A DNA stretch of 64,000 nt from a virus (lineage: Duplodnaviria; Heunggongvirae; Uroviricota; Caudoviricetes): IMG/VR virus record IMGVR_UViG_2571042390_000001; one strand, written 5' to 3'. Shown piece by piece: positions 9,801 to 17,087 of this stretch. The stretch's first letter is position 1, and the number at the start of each line of letters is the position of its first letter. Both the position numbers and the translations under genes were made by a program. The notes beneath the pieces were generated by a model. That model was not told where the DNA came from and searched no databases. It saw nothing but the letters and a program-made list of their open reading frames with translations.

Positions 9801-9939
9801 TTGCAGGGCGACTGAGATTTTTTCTATGGCCTTGCAGATGTATGCCGATCCGGAGCAGGCGACTAACTCTGTATTAAACAATGACGGCGTGCTGGAATTT
9901 TTCTTGGGATGTATGAAGGAGTTGCAAAATGAAGTATAG
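6898..9939 (+). CDS. Large protein with C-terminal HExxH zinc-metallopeptidase-like motif (DdrB-like position)
   Basis: 1013 aa; TTG start after RBS aagggga; motif ERVLWHEIGHHIEHSN near the C-terminus. Confidence 0.6.
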   Translation: MNKSVTSALSEAADINSVIALVSSLERRETRQGRSSYVVTSKGAEVKTAFKVVDASSLIISNNLDGTINPAFPEELQPRDRTRLSSKLQVNRIASNLRPAQLTDSGMSSHGAPIVGPDNVVESGNGRSMGIWRAYEQGQADEYRQYLIDHAKEFGLNPDDISQMSMPVLVRERLTDVDRAQFARDSNISDLQEMAASEKAYADAQFLTESVMALFNPSDDGNLLARSNDAFIRAFLREIGDTATAGLLTADGRPTKQLIDRIQNAIFAKAYKDERLVRLVAEEPDPEMRNILTALNTAASDFAQMQSLSGDVHHDTVTGLVDGIEQLNGLDKQAIAALQEAINLVREAKDNGQAVEEVIAQRGLFGDSTPEAEALALFIVANNRSAKRMGAAFKKLAQKINDELIHQQQALGDMFGGGDVDLRSILSAVSDEIEAEYGEGKGLNFAMFESVSGEVEPYISKLIADATSVEDLIRIVKVSEKIKESAKKIKRNVFLELGFYIRNVTVNEIKEWAKRYGYSDAVLTTMLLSYQRSNFYANALRDAIEKGDEAPSLADERNIDCDIETFCNISEEGVPAEQFIRVLHNAAKHIPDDFSIDELRNGCLVWLGNYLKSPASIAEKTALRFRKEMNKAGSAEEMVCIIQNTLKLFKKSLHNIDDIMAAGRKITASVGVSSELTAEEIADAYIETLVRLKEIVELAEHSSYYGIKERVDFTIEQINKVRSNKEKLTDYLAEVLHQNDHGIGYDLKKMLVFNLDIPEDLQAELYEIASLTRGQKAYPNALENVVHKKVRAAFDMILESSNVSHDQSKEWSRGIAISDEAEQLSGHDNETFSRKAYSIRETIEKAYIISGGTLSTLKNINHKNNVRAFASRNGNITIDANSDHERVLWHEIGHHIEHSNPHLLERAKAFIKSKTNGKVSYHNIGSRGSAEYLVRTDLSHGYMSKIYMENTVSSVSGRFISKPPALSNCRATEIFSMALQMYADPEQATNSVLNNDGVLEFFLGCMKELQNEV

Positions 9940-10222
9940 CATTGTGAGTCCCGCTGGGATTAGAGGGATTGTTGAATGCTCTGATGACGGCACATTGCGT
10001 ATATTTGAAGGCGATATTTCGGAAGAAAATATTGCGCAAGATTTACGCTTTATCAACACAAATTCCGCAATGGGGATCGTGAATACCATTCATGCCGATG
10101 GGGTGTTTGTTCTGCGGAGCCTGGAAACTGTTGGCTGGGAGGTTGAGTGGCCAGAGGTGGAAGGAGATCCTGACGACGAAGACGATACTGGCGAATCATA
10201 TCAAGACATTGATGTGAATTGA
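9929..10222 (+). CDS. Hypothetical acidic protein
   Basis: 97 aa, start overlaps upstream stop; acidic C-terminus (EGDPDDEDDTGESYQDIDVN). Confidence 0.45.
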   Translation: MKYSIVSPAGIRGIVECSDDGTLRIFEGDISEENIAQDLRFINTNSAMGIVNTIHADGVFVLRSLETVGWEVEWPEVEGDPDDEDDTGESYQDIDVN

Positions 10223-10235
10223 TATGATTGATAAT

Positions 10236-10258
10236 CCCGCCGTCAGGCGGGTTTTTTT
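10236..10258. terminator. Bidirectional intrinsic terminator
   Basis: cccgcc-gtca-ggcggg followed by TTTTTTT; lies between convergent genes. Confidence 0.65.
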
Positions 10259-10520
10259 AGCGTGGTGTAAGAATAAATTCAGGATGCTCTCCAGCAAGCA
10301 ATAACAGGTACTCAAATTCACCAGCCATAAGGCGTCTCGGTTTATTTCTATCTTCTTTGAATTGCCAAGCCCGGAGTTGATACCCCATTTTGTGGGCTAA
10401 CTCCGTTTGCGTTAGCCCCATTCGCTGGCGGATTTCAATTATAGTTTCCGGGGTGTTTGGTGGGAGTTGTTTCACAATATGCCCTTTGCCAATGCTGTGA
10501 TTCGCAACGAAGTATATCAT
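10257..10520 (-). CDS. XRE-type HTH DNA-binding protein
   Basis: 87 aa; HTH segment RMGLTQTELAHKMGYQLRAWQFKE; 12 bp downstream of partner gene. Confidence 0.6.
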   Translation of the reverse strand: MIYFVANHSIGKGHIVKQLPPNTPETIIEIRQRMGLTQTELAHKMGYQLRAWQFKEDRNKPRRLMAGEFEYLLLLAGEHPEFILTPR

Positions 10521-10532
10521 CGTTGAATCGAT

Positions 10533-10835
10533 TCACAGAGCTGCGCCGAATAGACCGCAGCATGGCATCCCTTCATCACAGTACCTGGCCCATTCTTTTT
10601 GGCATTCTTCTGTTTGCGCGTATTGGCTTAACGCGTCATCCAGCATATCCCAGGCCTTATAGGAATCCTCTGCAACGCTAAACAAAGTCCTGCCTTCCCG
10701 GCTTAGAATTTGCAGATTGTAAATGTTTTCATTGCTCAGACATGCGCGGCTGATATGCATGTAAACCGACCATGCAGGAACTCGATTTTTGATAGCAAGT
10801 TGGTGTAATTTGGAATTAATTAAAGAGCTTTTCAT
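10533..10835 (-). CDS. Hypothetical small protein, partner of the HTH gene
   Basis: About 100 aa from ATG 10835 with RBS GGAGAA; Cys-rich C-terminus (CDEGMPCCGLFG). Confidence 0.5.
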   Translation of the reverse strand: MKSSLINSKLHQLAIKNRVPAWSVYMHISRACLSNENIYNLQILSREGRTLFSVAEDSYKAWDMLDDALSQYAQTEECQKEWARYCDEGMPCCGLFGAAL

Positions 10836-11018
10836 GGGATTTCTCCGCAGCAAAGTGGTCAACTTTTTCAATCTTAATGCGCACAATGTGCATATTCAAG
10901 TTTTATTCTTCACTTTGTTACGAGAGGGGCCAGCCAATATTTCTAGTTGAAAAGATCCATCATCAAAAATCACATACTGATTATGCTGCCGCAAACTGAA
11001 AACATTTCGCGGTGACTC

Positions 11019-12701
11019 ATGGCAACGAAAGACAAAAACAAAGGCTTTCTGTCGGCATTGAAGAAAGCCTTCAACAGTGGCGATGTCACGCCTGCCGATC
11101 CGGTCGTTTTTACGAGCGGTCATAGTGTCGTTGCGCGTTCTGGTCTGTCCGCTTTACGTCCGGGGATACTGGGTGGCAATAGCGATGGCATGACAAGCGC
11201 GGCAGATACAGTATCAATTTCGGCAGAACTGCCCGGCGACCGCCTGCAAAAGTACAACATCCTGGAAACGATGGCTAAAAGCCCGACTATCTCGACGGCT
11301 TTAAATATTCACATTGCACATGCGCTTGCGCCTTCAAAAAAAACCGGACAAGCATTCATCCTTTCGCCAAAGGATGGTTCCGATGCCGAGGCAGTAAGTA
11401 GATGTGAAGAGTTAACCGCTGATTTGGGGACGATGATTAATGACGGACTTCCTTCATGGGCCATGATTATGGCGATCTTTGGGGTGTCTTATGTCCGACC
11501 TTATGCTGAACAGGGCAGGGGGATAACAGGCATTGAGTCCAGTTATTACACTCTGCCACACTTCGTCCAGGAGTTTTATCGTGGTAGCCAGCTGGTAGGT
11601 TTCAGTGGTGATTACATTCTGGATACGCATAGTTTGCGCAGAGTAATAACCGAACCGTGGAATCTGGTTTCCATGAAAAATCCCTATTGGACGCCACAGC
11701 ATAAAGTTATTCCGGTTAGCTACGGCACAAAAGGGTACTCACTGTTAAGTGATCAGGCTGATAAGCCGTTAATGGAGACGCAGAATTACGGAACTTCATT
11801 CCTGGAATACAGCTATGAACCTTACCTTAATTTATGTGCTTCGCTCGCCGCGCTGAAATCAACGCGAAATAATGCAGCCAAAATTGACCGCCTGATTGCT
11901 CTTACGACGAACACACTGGACCCGGTTAATGCGGCGAACTATACGCGTGGCGTCAGCCAGGCATTGAAGCGTCATAGTGACCTGGTGGCGCAAAGGTCGA
12001 TTAATGCCAACGCTATTCCGACTGTGCTTAACCATCTGATACCTGTTATGGGAGACGGGAAGAACGGCATCACCATTGATACGCAATCCATACCCGCAGA
12101 TATCAGTGGTATCGAAGACGTTATGTTTCACCTCCGGCAGCTTGCTGCAAGCCTCGGCATTGACGCAACAATGCTTGGCTGGGCTGATCAGATGAGCGGA
12201 GGGCTTGGAGAAGGCGGCTGGCAGCAAACTGCTATCCAGGCTGCATTGCGTGCGAACTGGATCAGACAGGCCGCCCAGCGAACTATTTATCGGCTTCTGG
12301 ACATTCACCTCGCTTATAAATACGGCAAGGTTTACACCGAAACAAACCGCCCTTATGACGTGCAATTCAACTCAATGAACACAGCTATCCAGGAAGAGGA
12401 AAACCGAGAACTGGATGCACGCGCCAACTTTGTTGCTGTCATCTCCCAAATTATGGACCAGATCCAGAACAACCCGAAACTGGCTGGTAGCGACGCGTTT
12501 ATGCGTTATCTGTTCACTGAGCAGTTGCACATCGACGATGACACTCTCAACACCATGATCAAAGAGTTTAAGGCGAATGAATCAGAGCAAAACAACGAGC
12601 ATGGTATGTACGAATCCGCGCCGTTGTCGTCCGGTGACGATCCGGAAAACTGGACGCCAGAACAGTTAATAAACTTTGCAAAATTTGTGATGAGCAATTA
12701 A
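11019..12701 (+). CDS. Hypothetical head-morphogenesis protein, possibly portal
   Basis: 560 aa; size, acidic C-terminus and position directly before a putative head-processing gene; no diagnostic motif verified. Confidence 0.4.
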   Translation: MATKDKNKGFLSALKKAFNSGDVTPADPVVFTSGHSVVARSGLSALRPGILGGNSDGMTSAADTVSISAELPGDRLQKYNILETMAKSPTISTALNIHIAHALAPSKKTGQAFILSPKDGSDAEAVSRCEELTADLGTMINDGLPSWAMIMAIFGVSYVRPYAEQGRGITGIESSYYTLPHFVQEFYRGSQLVGFSGDYILDTHSLRRVITEPWNLVSMKNPYWTPQHKVIPVSYGTKGYSLLSDQADKPLMETQNYGTSFLEYSYEPYLNLCASLAALKSTRNNAAKIDRLIALTTNTLDPVNAANYTRGVSQALKRHSDLVAQRSINANAIPTVLNHLIPVMGDGKNGITIDTQSIPADISGIEDVMFHLRQLAASLGIDATMLGWADQMSGGLGEGGWQQTAIQAALRANWIRQAAQRTIYRLLDIHLAYKYGKVYTETNRPYDVQFNSMNTAIQEEENRELDARANFVAVISQIMDQIQNNPKLAGSDAFMRYLFTEQLHIDDDTLNTMIKEFKANESEQNNEHGMYESAPLSSGDDPENWTPEQLINFAKFVMSN

Positions 12702-12714
12702 CCGGAGGGAAATA

Positions 12715-13713
12715 ATGCAATCACTGAATACTGTTACGGATCGCTTCTCCCTGGTAGAGAAAATCCGCAAACACACACCGCAGAACAACCGAAATTACGT
12801 CATTCAGTCGGTACGAGACACATTCAACTCGCCAGAAACAAAAGAGCGTATCGCGCTGGGTGAGATGTATGGTTATTACGGTCATGGTCGCCGGGCGATG
12901 CACTATAACAAAACGAAAAGCCTGAACTTGCCGGAAGTCTCTGTTGTGATGGTAGATGGGAAGCCTGTTGTATTGGAGAACGTGCCGTCAAACAGGACTA
13001 TCGACATTTCGATTGACGACAACGGCATTGTTACTCATACGCAGGAAATACTGGATACAGACACCGGGCGTATTGTTCAGGGCATGATTAATTCTGGTGC
13101 TGGTGGTTGGTCGTGGGCTACATCTGGTCCAGATTCATCGGTATCCCTGGTAAAGTCTTTCCACGGCTTTGATTACGTAACTGTGCCTAACTATATCAGC
13201 CTCGACAAGAAAAGCCTGATGCTTGAATCAGCAGAAGAGCGCGATGCGGCTATTCATGCAGCACTTATCGAACAAGGTTTTACCGATAACGCTGCTACGG
13301 ATCTGGTTCACCACTTTTCAGCAATGAAAAATCAGCAAGCCATGCTCGAATCTGCACATCGTGAAGCCCTGGAATCAGAATTGATGCTCCTTGAAGTGGA
13401 AAACATACAGCTTCGAGATAAGCTGCGCGCTCAAACAGCGATGATGGAAAGCCAGGGGGAAAATGCAAAGCAATACCGCCGGATTTTGCGTGAAGCTATC
13501 CAGGAAATGCCTGTTTTTATCAGCGCAGAACAGCGCCGGGCGCTCTGCCGTATGCAGTCTGAAGATGATGCCCGCATAGTGGCTGCGATGCTTGAATCTC
13601 TTGGGGCAAATGCTACTTATGGCTTACCGGTATCAGGCAAGAAAGAACCAGAGTTATCACCGAAGGAGAACAAAAACACTACCCCGTTACTCTTCGTTTC
13701 CAGAAGGGGGTAA
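12715..13713 (+). CDS. Hypothetical protein, possibly prohead protease or scaffold
   Basis: 332 aa; coiled-coil C-terminal half; tightly follows the 560-aa gene. Confidence 0.4.
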   Translation: MQSLNTVTDRFSLVEKIRKHTPQNNRNYVIQSVRDTFNSPETKERIALGEMYGYYGHGRRAMHYNKTKSLNLPEVSVVMVDGKPVVLENVPSNRTIDISIDDNGIVTHTQEILDTDTGRIVQGMINSGAGGWSWATSGPDSSVSLVKSFHGFDYVTVPNYISLDKKSLMLESAEERDAAIHAALIEQGFTDNAATDLVHHFSAMKNQQAMLESAHREALESELMLLEVENIQLRDKLRAQTAMMESQGENAKQYRRILREAIQEMPVFISAEQRRALCRMQSEDDARIVAAMLESLGANATYGLPVSGKKEPELSPKENKNTTPLLFVSRRG

Positions 13714-13727
13714 TCGCCTTGTTAAGT

Positions 13728-13745
13728 TAAATTTCTAACATAGTG
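13728..13745. promoter_or_regulatory. Copy of dispersed operator-like motif (TTTCTAACA core)
   Basis: aaatttctaacatagtg; member of a family of at least 14 intergenic sites. Confidence 0.5.
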
Positions 13746-13827
13746 TATTTATATACACTGTTGATCCTGGTGGATGGGATCGAGTAGGATCGCGGTCACT
13801 GCTCCGGTAGCGACTGCCAAAAAAGCA

Positions 13828-13851
13828 AAAGCCGCTTCTCAGCGGCTTTTT
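13828..13851 (+). terminator. Intrinsic terminator
   Basis: agccgct-tctc-agcggct followed by TTTTT. Confidence 0.65.
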
Positions 13852-13913
13852 GGGTGTATAAATCCACTGCCATAGATTTATACGGTAGATAGATTTTTTC
13901 ACGGAACTATCTG

Positions 13914-14876
13914 GTGAGTATTTTAAATTCAGTTTCAGTAACTTTCAACACTTCTGAGTATAAAAACAACACTGAATACCACAAAAAAATCAAAGGTCAT
14001 CAGTTGAGTTTTTTTGCTCGTCATAGCGGTCTTCTTTCCCCTTCACATAGCGCCATTATTGCCGAGTTCGCCAACCTGGCAGGGTCTACCGATGAATACA
14101 TGATCCGTCGCTCATATGCTGATATGTCCGAGATTACAGGACGCAGTATTTCTACTGTGCGCCGGGCATTTGCTGAAGCGACGAAGTGCGGAATGCTTGT
14201 TAAGCAACATCAGGTAGCGAATAACAATGCCCAGGTGTGTAACGTATATCGGTTTACGACACAATTTCTCCACTTCATTCATGTAGCAATGGAGATAGGG
14301 GGTAAGCAGGGCATCAAATTTGCCAACGCCACAAAACTGGTTAAGCAGTTGATTTCAAAGGTTCGTTATTTTTTTGAAACTGGGAACCCCCTGTTCAAAT
14401 TGAACAAGTCCCCCCATGTTCAAAATGAACAGCCAATAGAAAATAAGAGTCACTCTATAGCCAAAAGAAGAGAAAGATCATGCGCGGTTCAGCCAAAGGC
14501 TTCACCTGCAGATAGTTCTCAAACGGATAACGGGGTACTGGATAAAAAACCAGTAATCAGGGAAGAACATACCAACCACTGCCTGGCGGCGGCAAAAGCG
14601 AGAGCTGCAAAGCGTCGTTCAGACGAGGGGCACGCAAAACGGCAGGCTCTGTATCGTACCGCTGAAAATCTGGCAAAAAAATTTGCATGGATACGTAGTG
14701 CCGCTACCGCAGTGAATAAGCCTAAACAATCCAGTGCCCTAGATTTCTCAATGGATTATTCTGGCTCCCAGGGGTGTGCAACCATTGGTGAAGCCTTTGA
14801 CCTGATGAAACAGCGTGGCTATCGGTCTGAATTTGACCGTGAGGATTGGTCAATCCCTGCGGGATTTAGGGGATGA
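13914..14876 (+). CDS. Hypothetical protein with HTH-like segment; start uncertain
   Basis: 320 aa from GTG 13914; segment ITGRSISTVRRAFAEATKCGML resembles a DNA-binding helix-turn-helix. Confidence 0.45.
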   Translation: MSILNSVSVTFNTSEYKNNTEYHKKIKGHQLSFFARHSGLLSPSHSAIIAEFANLAGSTDEYMIRRSYADMSEITGRSISTVRRAFAEATKCGMLVKQHQVANNNAQVCNVYRFTTQFLHFIHVAMEIGGKQGIKFANATKLVKQLISKVRYFFETGNPLFKLNKSPHVQNEQPIENKSHSIAKRRERSCAVQPKASPADSSQTDNGVLDKKPVIREEHTNHCLAAAKARAAKRRSDEGHAKRQALYRTAENLAKKFAWIRSAATAVNKPKQSSALDFSMDYSGSQGCATIGEAFDLMKQRGYRSEFDREDWSIPAGFRG

Positions 14877-14928
14877 CCTGTGTGTCTACAAAACATCCCA
14901 ATGATCGGAAAATGCTCGGCCGATTATT

Positions 14929-14963
14929 TATGTTAGAAAATTAATTTGCTGTTTCTAAAACGG
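14929..14963. promoter_or_regulatory. Pair of divergent operator-like motifs upstream of the first icd/ant module
   Basis: atgttagaaaattaatttgctgtttctaaaacgg: one TGTTAGAAA and one TTTCTAAAA copy 11 bp apart. Confidence 0.5.
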
Positions 14964-15289
14964 AATGTATGATCTGCATCATCGACTGAAGTCATCCATT
15001 GCTGAAATTTTTAGTTGATCTTCCATGTTTTCAGGCTTATATTCATGCCGTCGTAGCAAATTCTGCGACCGGGTTTGACAGCCTGAATGTTAGTGCGGAC
15101 AACCGCAGATTTCCGATATTGCGGTATTTTTGTGTCCGTAAACCGCGTTACGCCCGAATTATGGTGGGGCGTGATGGGGAGGCTTCGGCCTGCTGGTTTC
15201 ACTAACGCCAGTCTGTCAACCCTGTCACGTCCTGCCACCTGTTTGACAGCGGGTGGCAGGTTGTTAAACCTGTTAGTGAGGCCGTAACT

Positions 15290-15514
15290 ATGGTTAATGC
15301 CAATCCTTGCTCACGTCCAGAATTCATCTGGCGTTTCCACTCCCTGCAAAAACGCTGCGATCACTTCGCAATTGCCGCAACCGAAAAAGAAGCCCGTTCT
15401 CTGATCCCTGATCAGCATGGTGTTCTTACTGGTCGTTTCTCTACTTCCCCACAACCAAACACTAATCCCTGGTATCGCAATATTACCAATCCCGGCATTG
15501 CGGAGGCTCACTGA
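15290..15514 (+). CDS. icd: Icd-like small protein (copy 1)
   Basis: 74 aa; shares FIWRF, AATE and EARS segments with the 71-aa ORF at 55564-55779; directly precedes an antirepressor-like gene. Confidence 0.5.
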   Translation: MVNANPCSRPEFIWRFHSLQKRCDHFAIAATEKEARSLIPDQHGVLTGRFSTSPQPNTNPWYRNITNPGIAEAH

Positions 15515-16221
15515 TGGGTATCTGCATTCTCGAAAAACTATCAATGACCAGCATTGAGATTGCGGAGCTGGTGGGAAGCCAACACTCTGACGTTAAACGT
15601 AGTATTGAGCGTATGGTTGCTCGAAGCATTATCCGAAAACCGCCAATGGCTGTTTTCGAAAAAATCAATAACTTAGGATTGCGTCGTGGCGTTGAGGCTT
15701 ACGTCTTCGAAGGCGAGCAAGGCAAACGAGACAGCATCATTGTCGTCGCGCAGCTCTCTCCCGAATTCACCGCCCGGCTGGTGGACCGCTGGCGCGAACT
15801 GGAAGAACAAGTACGCCAGCCGTTGACCGAAATAGAGATGATCGCTGCAATGGCTGCGAATGCAGTTCAGCAGCAAAAGCTGATTCATGCTGTTGAGTCA
15901 AAGGTTAGCCAGGTCGCTGAAACCGTCGAGCAAATAAAGAAAGGCAATATTCCGGAAGGCTACATTGGCTACCGCCAGTTGGCGGCGAAATGCGGCCTGA
16001 CTGAAGCCAAATGCCGAAACCTTGTCAACGCTTACCGGATTCCCACCGATACACATGAGTTTTTGACTCCAGAGGGGGTATTGTCGCGTCGTTCCATCGT
16101 GGCCTTATCTCCCTTCATGAATGCTTTTAACCGGATGATGTCGGAGGCTGAACACCGAGGAAAACGCTGGTATCACCCCAAAATGGGGCAATTCCAGGTG
16201 ATCGGTTGGGGAGGTGAGTGA
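15514..16221 (+). CDS. ant: Antirepressor-like protein (copy 1)
   Basis: 235 aa; N-terminus MTSIEIAELVGSQHSDVKRSIERMVA; C-terminal segment EGYIGYRQLAAKCGLTEAKCRNLVNAYRIPTDTHEFLTPEG nearly identical to 55779-56720. Confidence 0.7.
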   Translation: MGICILEKLSMTSIEIAELVGSQHSDVKRSIERMVARSIIRKPPMAVFEKINNLGLRRGVEAYVFEGEQGKRDSIIVVAQLSPEFTARLVDRWRELEEQVRQPLTEIEMIAAMAANAVQQQKLIHAVESKVSQVAETVEQIKKGNIPEGYIGYRQLAAKCGLTEAKCRNLVNAYRIPTDTHEFLTPEGVLSRRSIVALSPFMNAFNRMMSEAEHRGKRWYHPKMGQFQVIGWGGE

Positions 16222-16418
16222 TGGACATCATGCAGGCGGTAAAAAAAATCAGGGAAGGACAGGCTGAAGTGTGCCGCCGTAAAGCATGGAGTGTTGGTGT
16301 ATGGGCCTGGCCTGATAATTACTCTACTACCGGATGGTTTTGTATTAATGGACTCCAGATCCGGGAAGTTGATTTATCGACGGCTGATATAGTCGGTAAT
16401 GATTGGATCGTGACTTGA
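16221..16418 (+). CDS. Small DUF2829-like protein, split from the antirepressor by a TGATG junction
   Basis: About 65 aa; motifs CRRKAW and DIVGNDWIV match the C-terminal extension that is fused in frame in the second ant copy. Confidence 0.5.
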   Translation: MDIMQAVKKIREGQAEVCRRKAWSVGVWAWPDNYSTTGWFCINGLQIREVDLSTADIVGNDWIVT

Positions 16419-16426
16419 AGCGTGAT

Positions 16427-16452
16427 GCCCCGGCCTGGCCGGGGCTTTTTTC
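16427..16452. terminator. Bidirectional intrinsic terminator
   Basis: gccccgg-cctgg-ccggggc followed by TTTTTT. Confidence 0.7.
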
Positions 16453-16936
16453 ATGCCTCATTAGTTGAGGTTGCTGCGTCTCCGACTGGTAACAGGGCGG
16501 TATTGCGTGGTTCGCCAGCAGGCCAGCGATAGCCAGACACTCTTGATGTTGGGAATGCGCGAATATTAACCGCATCCCCCTGGTTCCCACCCAGGACAAG
16601 CAGATCGCCATTGGCGCGGCGTCCGACAACGAAGCCTACGTGCCCACCGCCTACGCGGGTAAATACAACGATACATCCGTATGCCGGTGTATCTAATTTC
16701 TCGCCCCAATCCAGATAGGATTTTGCCGACTCAAATCTTGTTGAGCGAATGCCTACACGTTCCAGCATTGCACCGACAAATGCTGCGCACCACGGCGTTT
16801 CATCGTCTTTAATTCCGCCGCGCTTGATGTCGCGCCAGAACTGAACGATTTCAGGGTTGTGTTTAGCGCCTTTTATTTCAGTCAAGCCAATGTGCTTACG
16901 GGCTTCAATTAGCCAGCGAGGTTCAATGTTTGCCAT
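16451..16936 (-). CDS. Putative papain-like (CHAP / NlpC-P60-like) peptidase
   Basis: 161 aa; candidate catalytic Cys in TPWCAAFVGAM and His in GGGHVGFVVG. Confidence 0.45.
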   Translation of the reverse strand: MANIEPRWLIEARKHIGLTEIKGAKHNPEIVQFWRDIKRGGIKDDETPWCAAFVGAMLERVGIRSTRFESAKSYLDWGEKLDTPAYGCIVVFTRVGGGHVGFVVGRRANGDLLVLGGNQGDAVNIRAFPTSRVSGYRWPAGEPRNTALLPVGDAATSTNEA

Positions 16937-17087
16937 ATTTTTCTCCCGGTCATGGGTTAATAAGTAGGCAAACTATGGGGAGTATGTGATTTTGACGGTA
17001 GTATCGTCCCCCTGAAAATAACATTCTCCATACCCTCTCAACCGTACCGCATAGCGGAATTTTTTACGGTTTAGAGGGGGAAATCCT

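Noticed and set aside
10896-11123. 75-aa minus-strand ORF overlapping the start of the 560-aa gene
   Set aside because: No RBS and it overlaps the promoter and 5' end of a stronger gene.
11859-12365. 168-aa minus-strand ORF inside the 560-aa gene
   Set aside because: Antisense shadow ORF.
15000-15290. Defined c4-like antisense RNA upstream of the first icd-like gene
   Set aside because: A 9-bp-stem hairpin (cctgccacc...ggtggcagg) is present, but I could not identify target-complementary elements or boundaries, so no feature is called for this copy.
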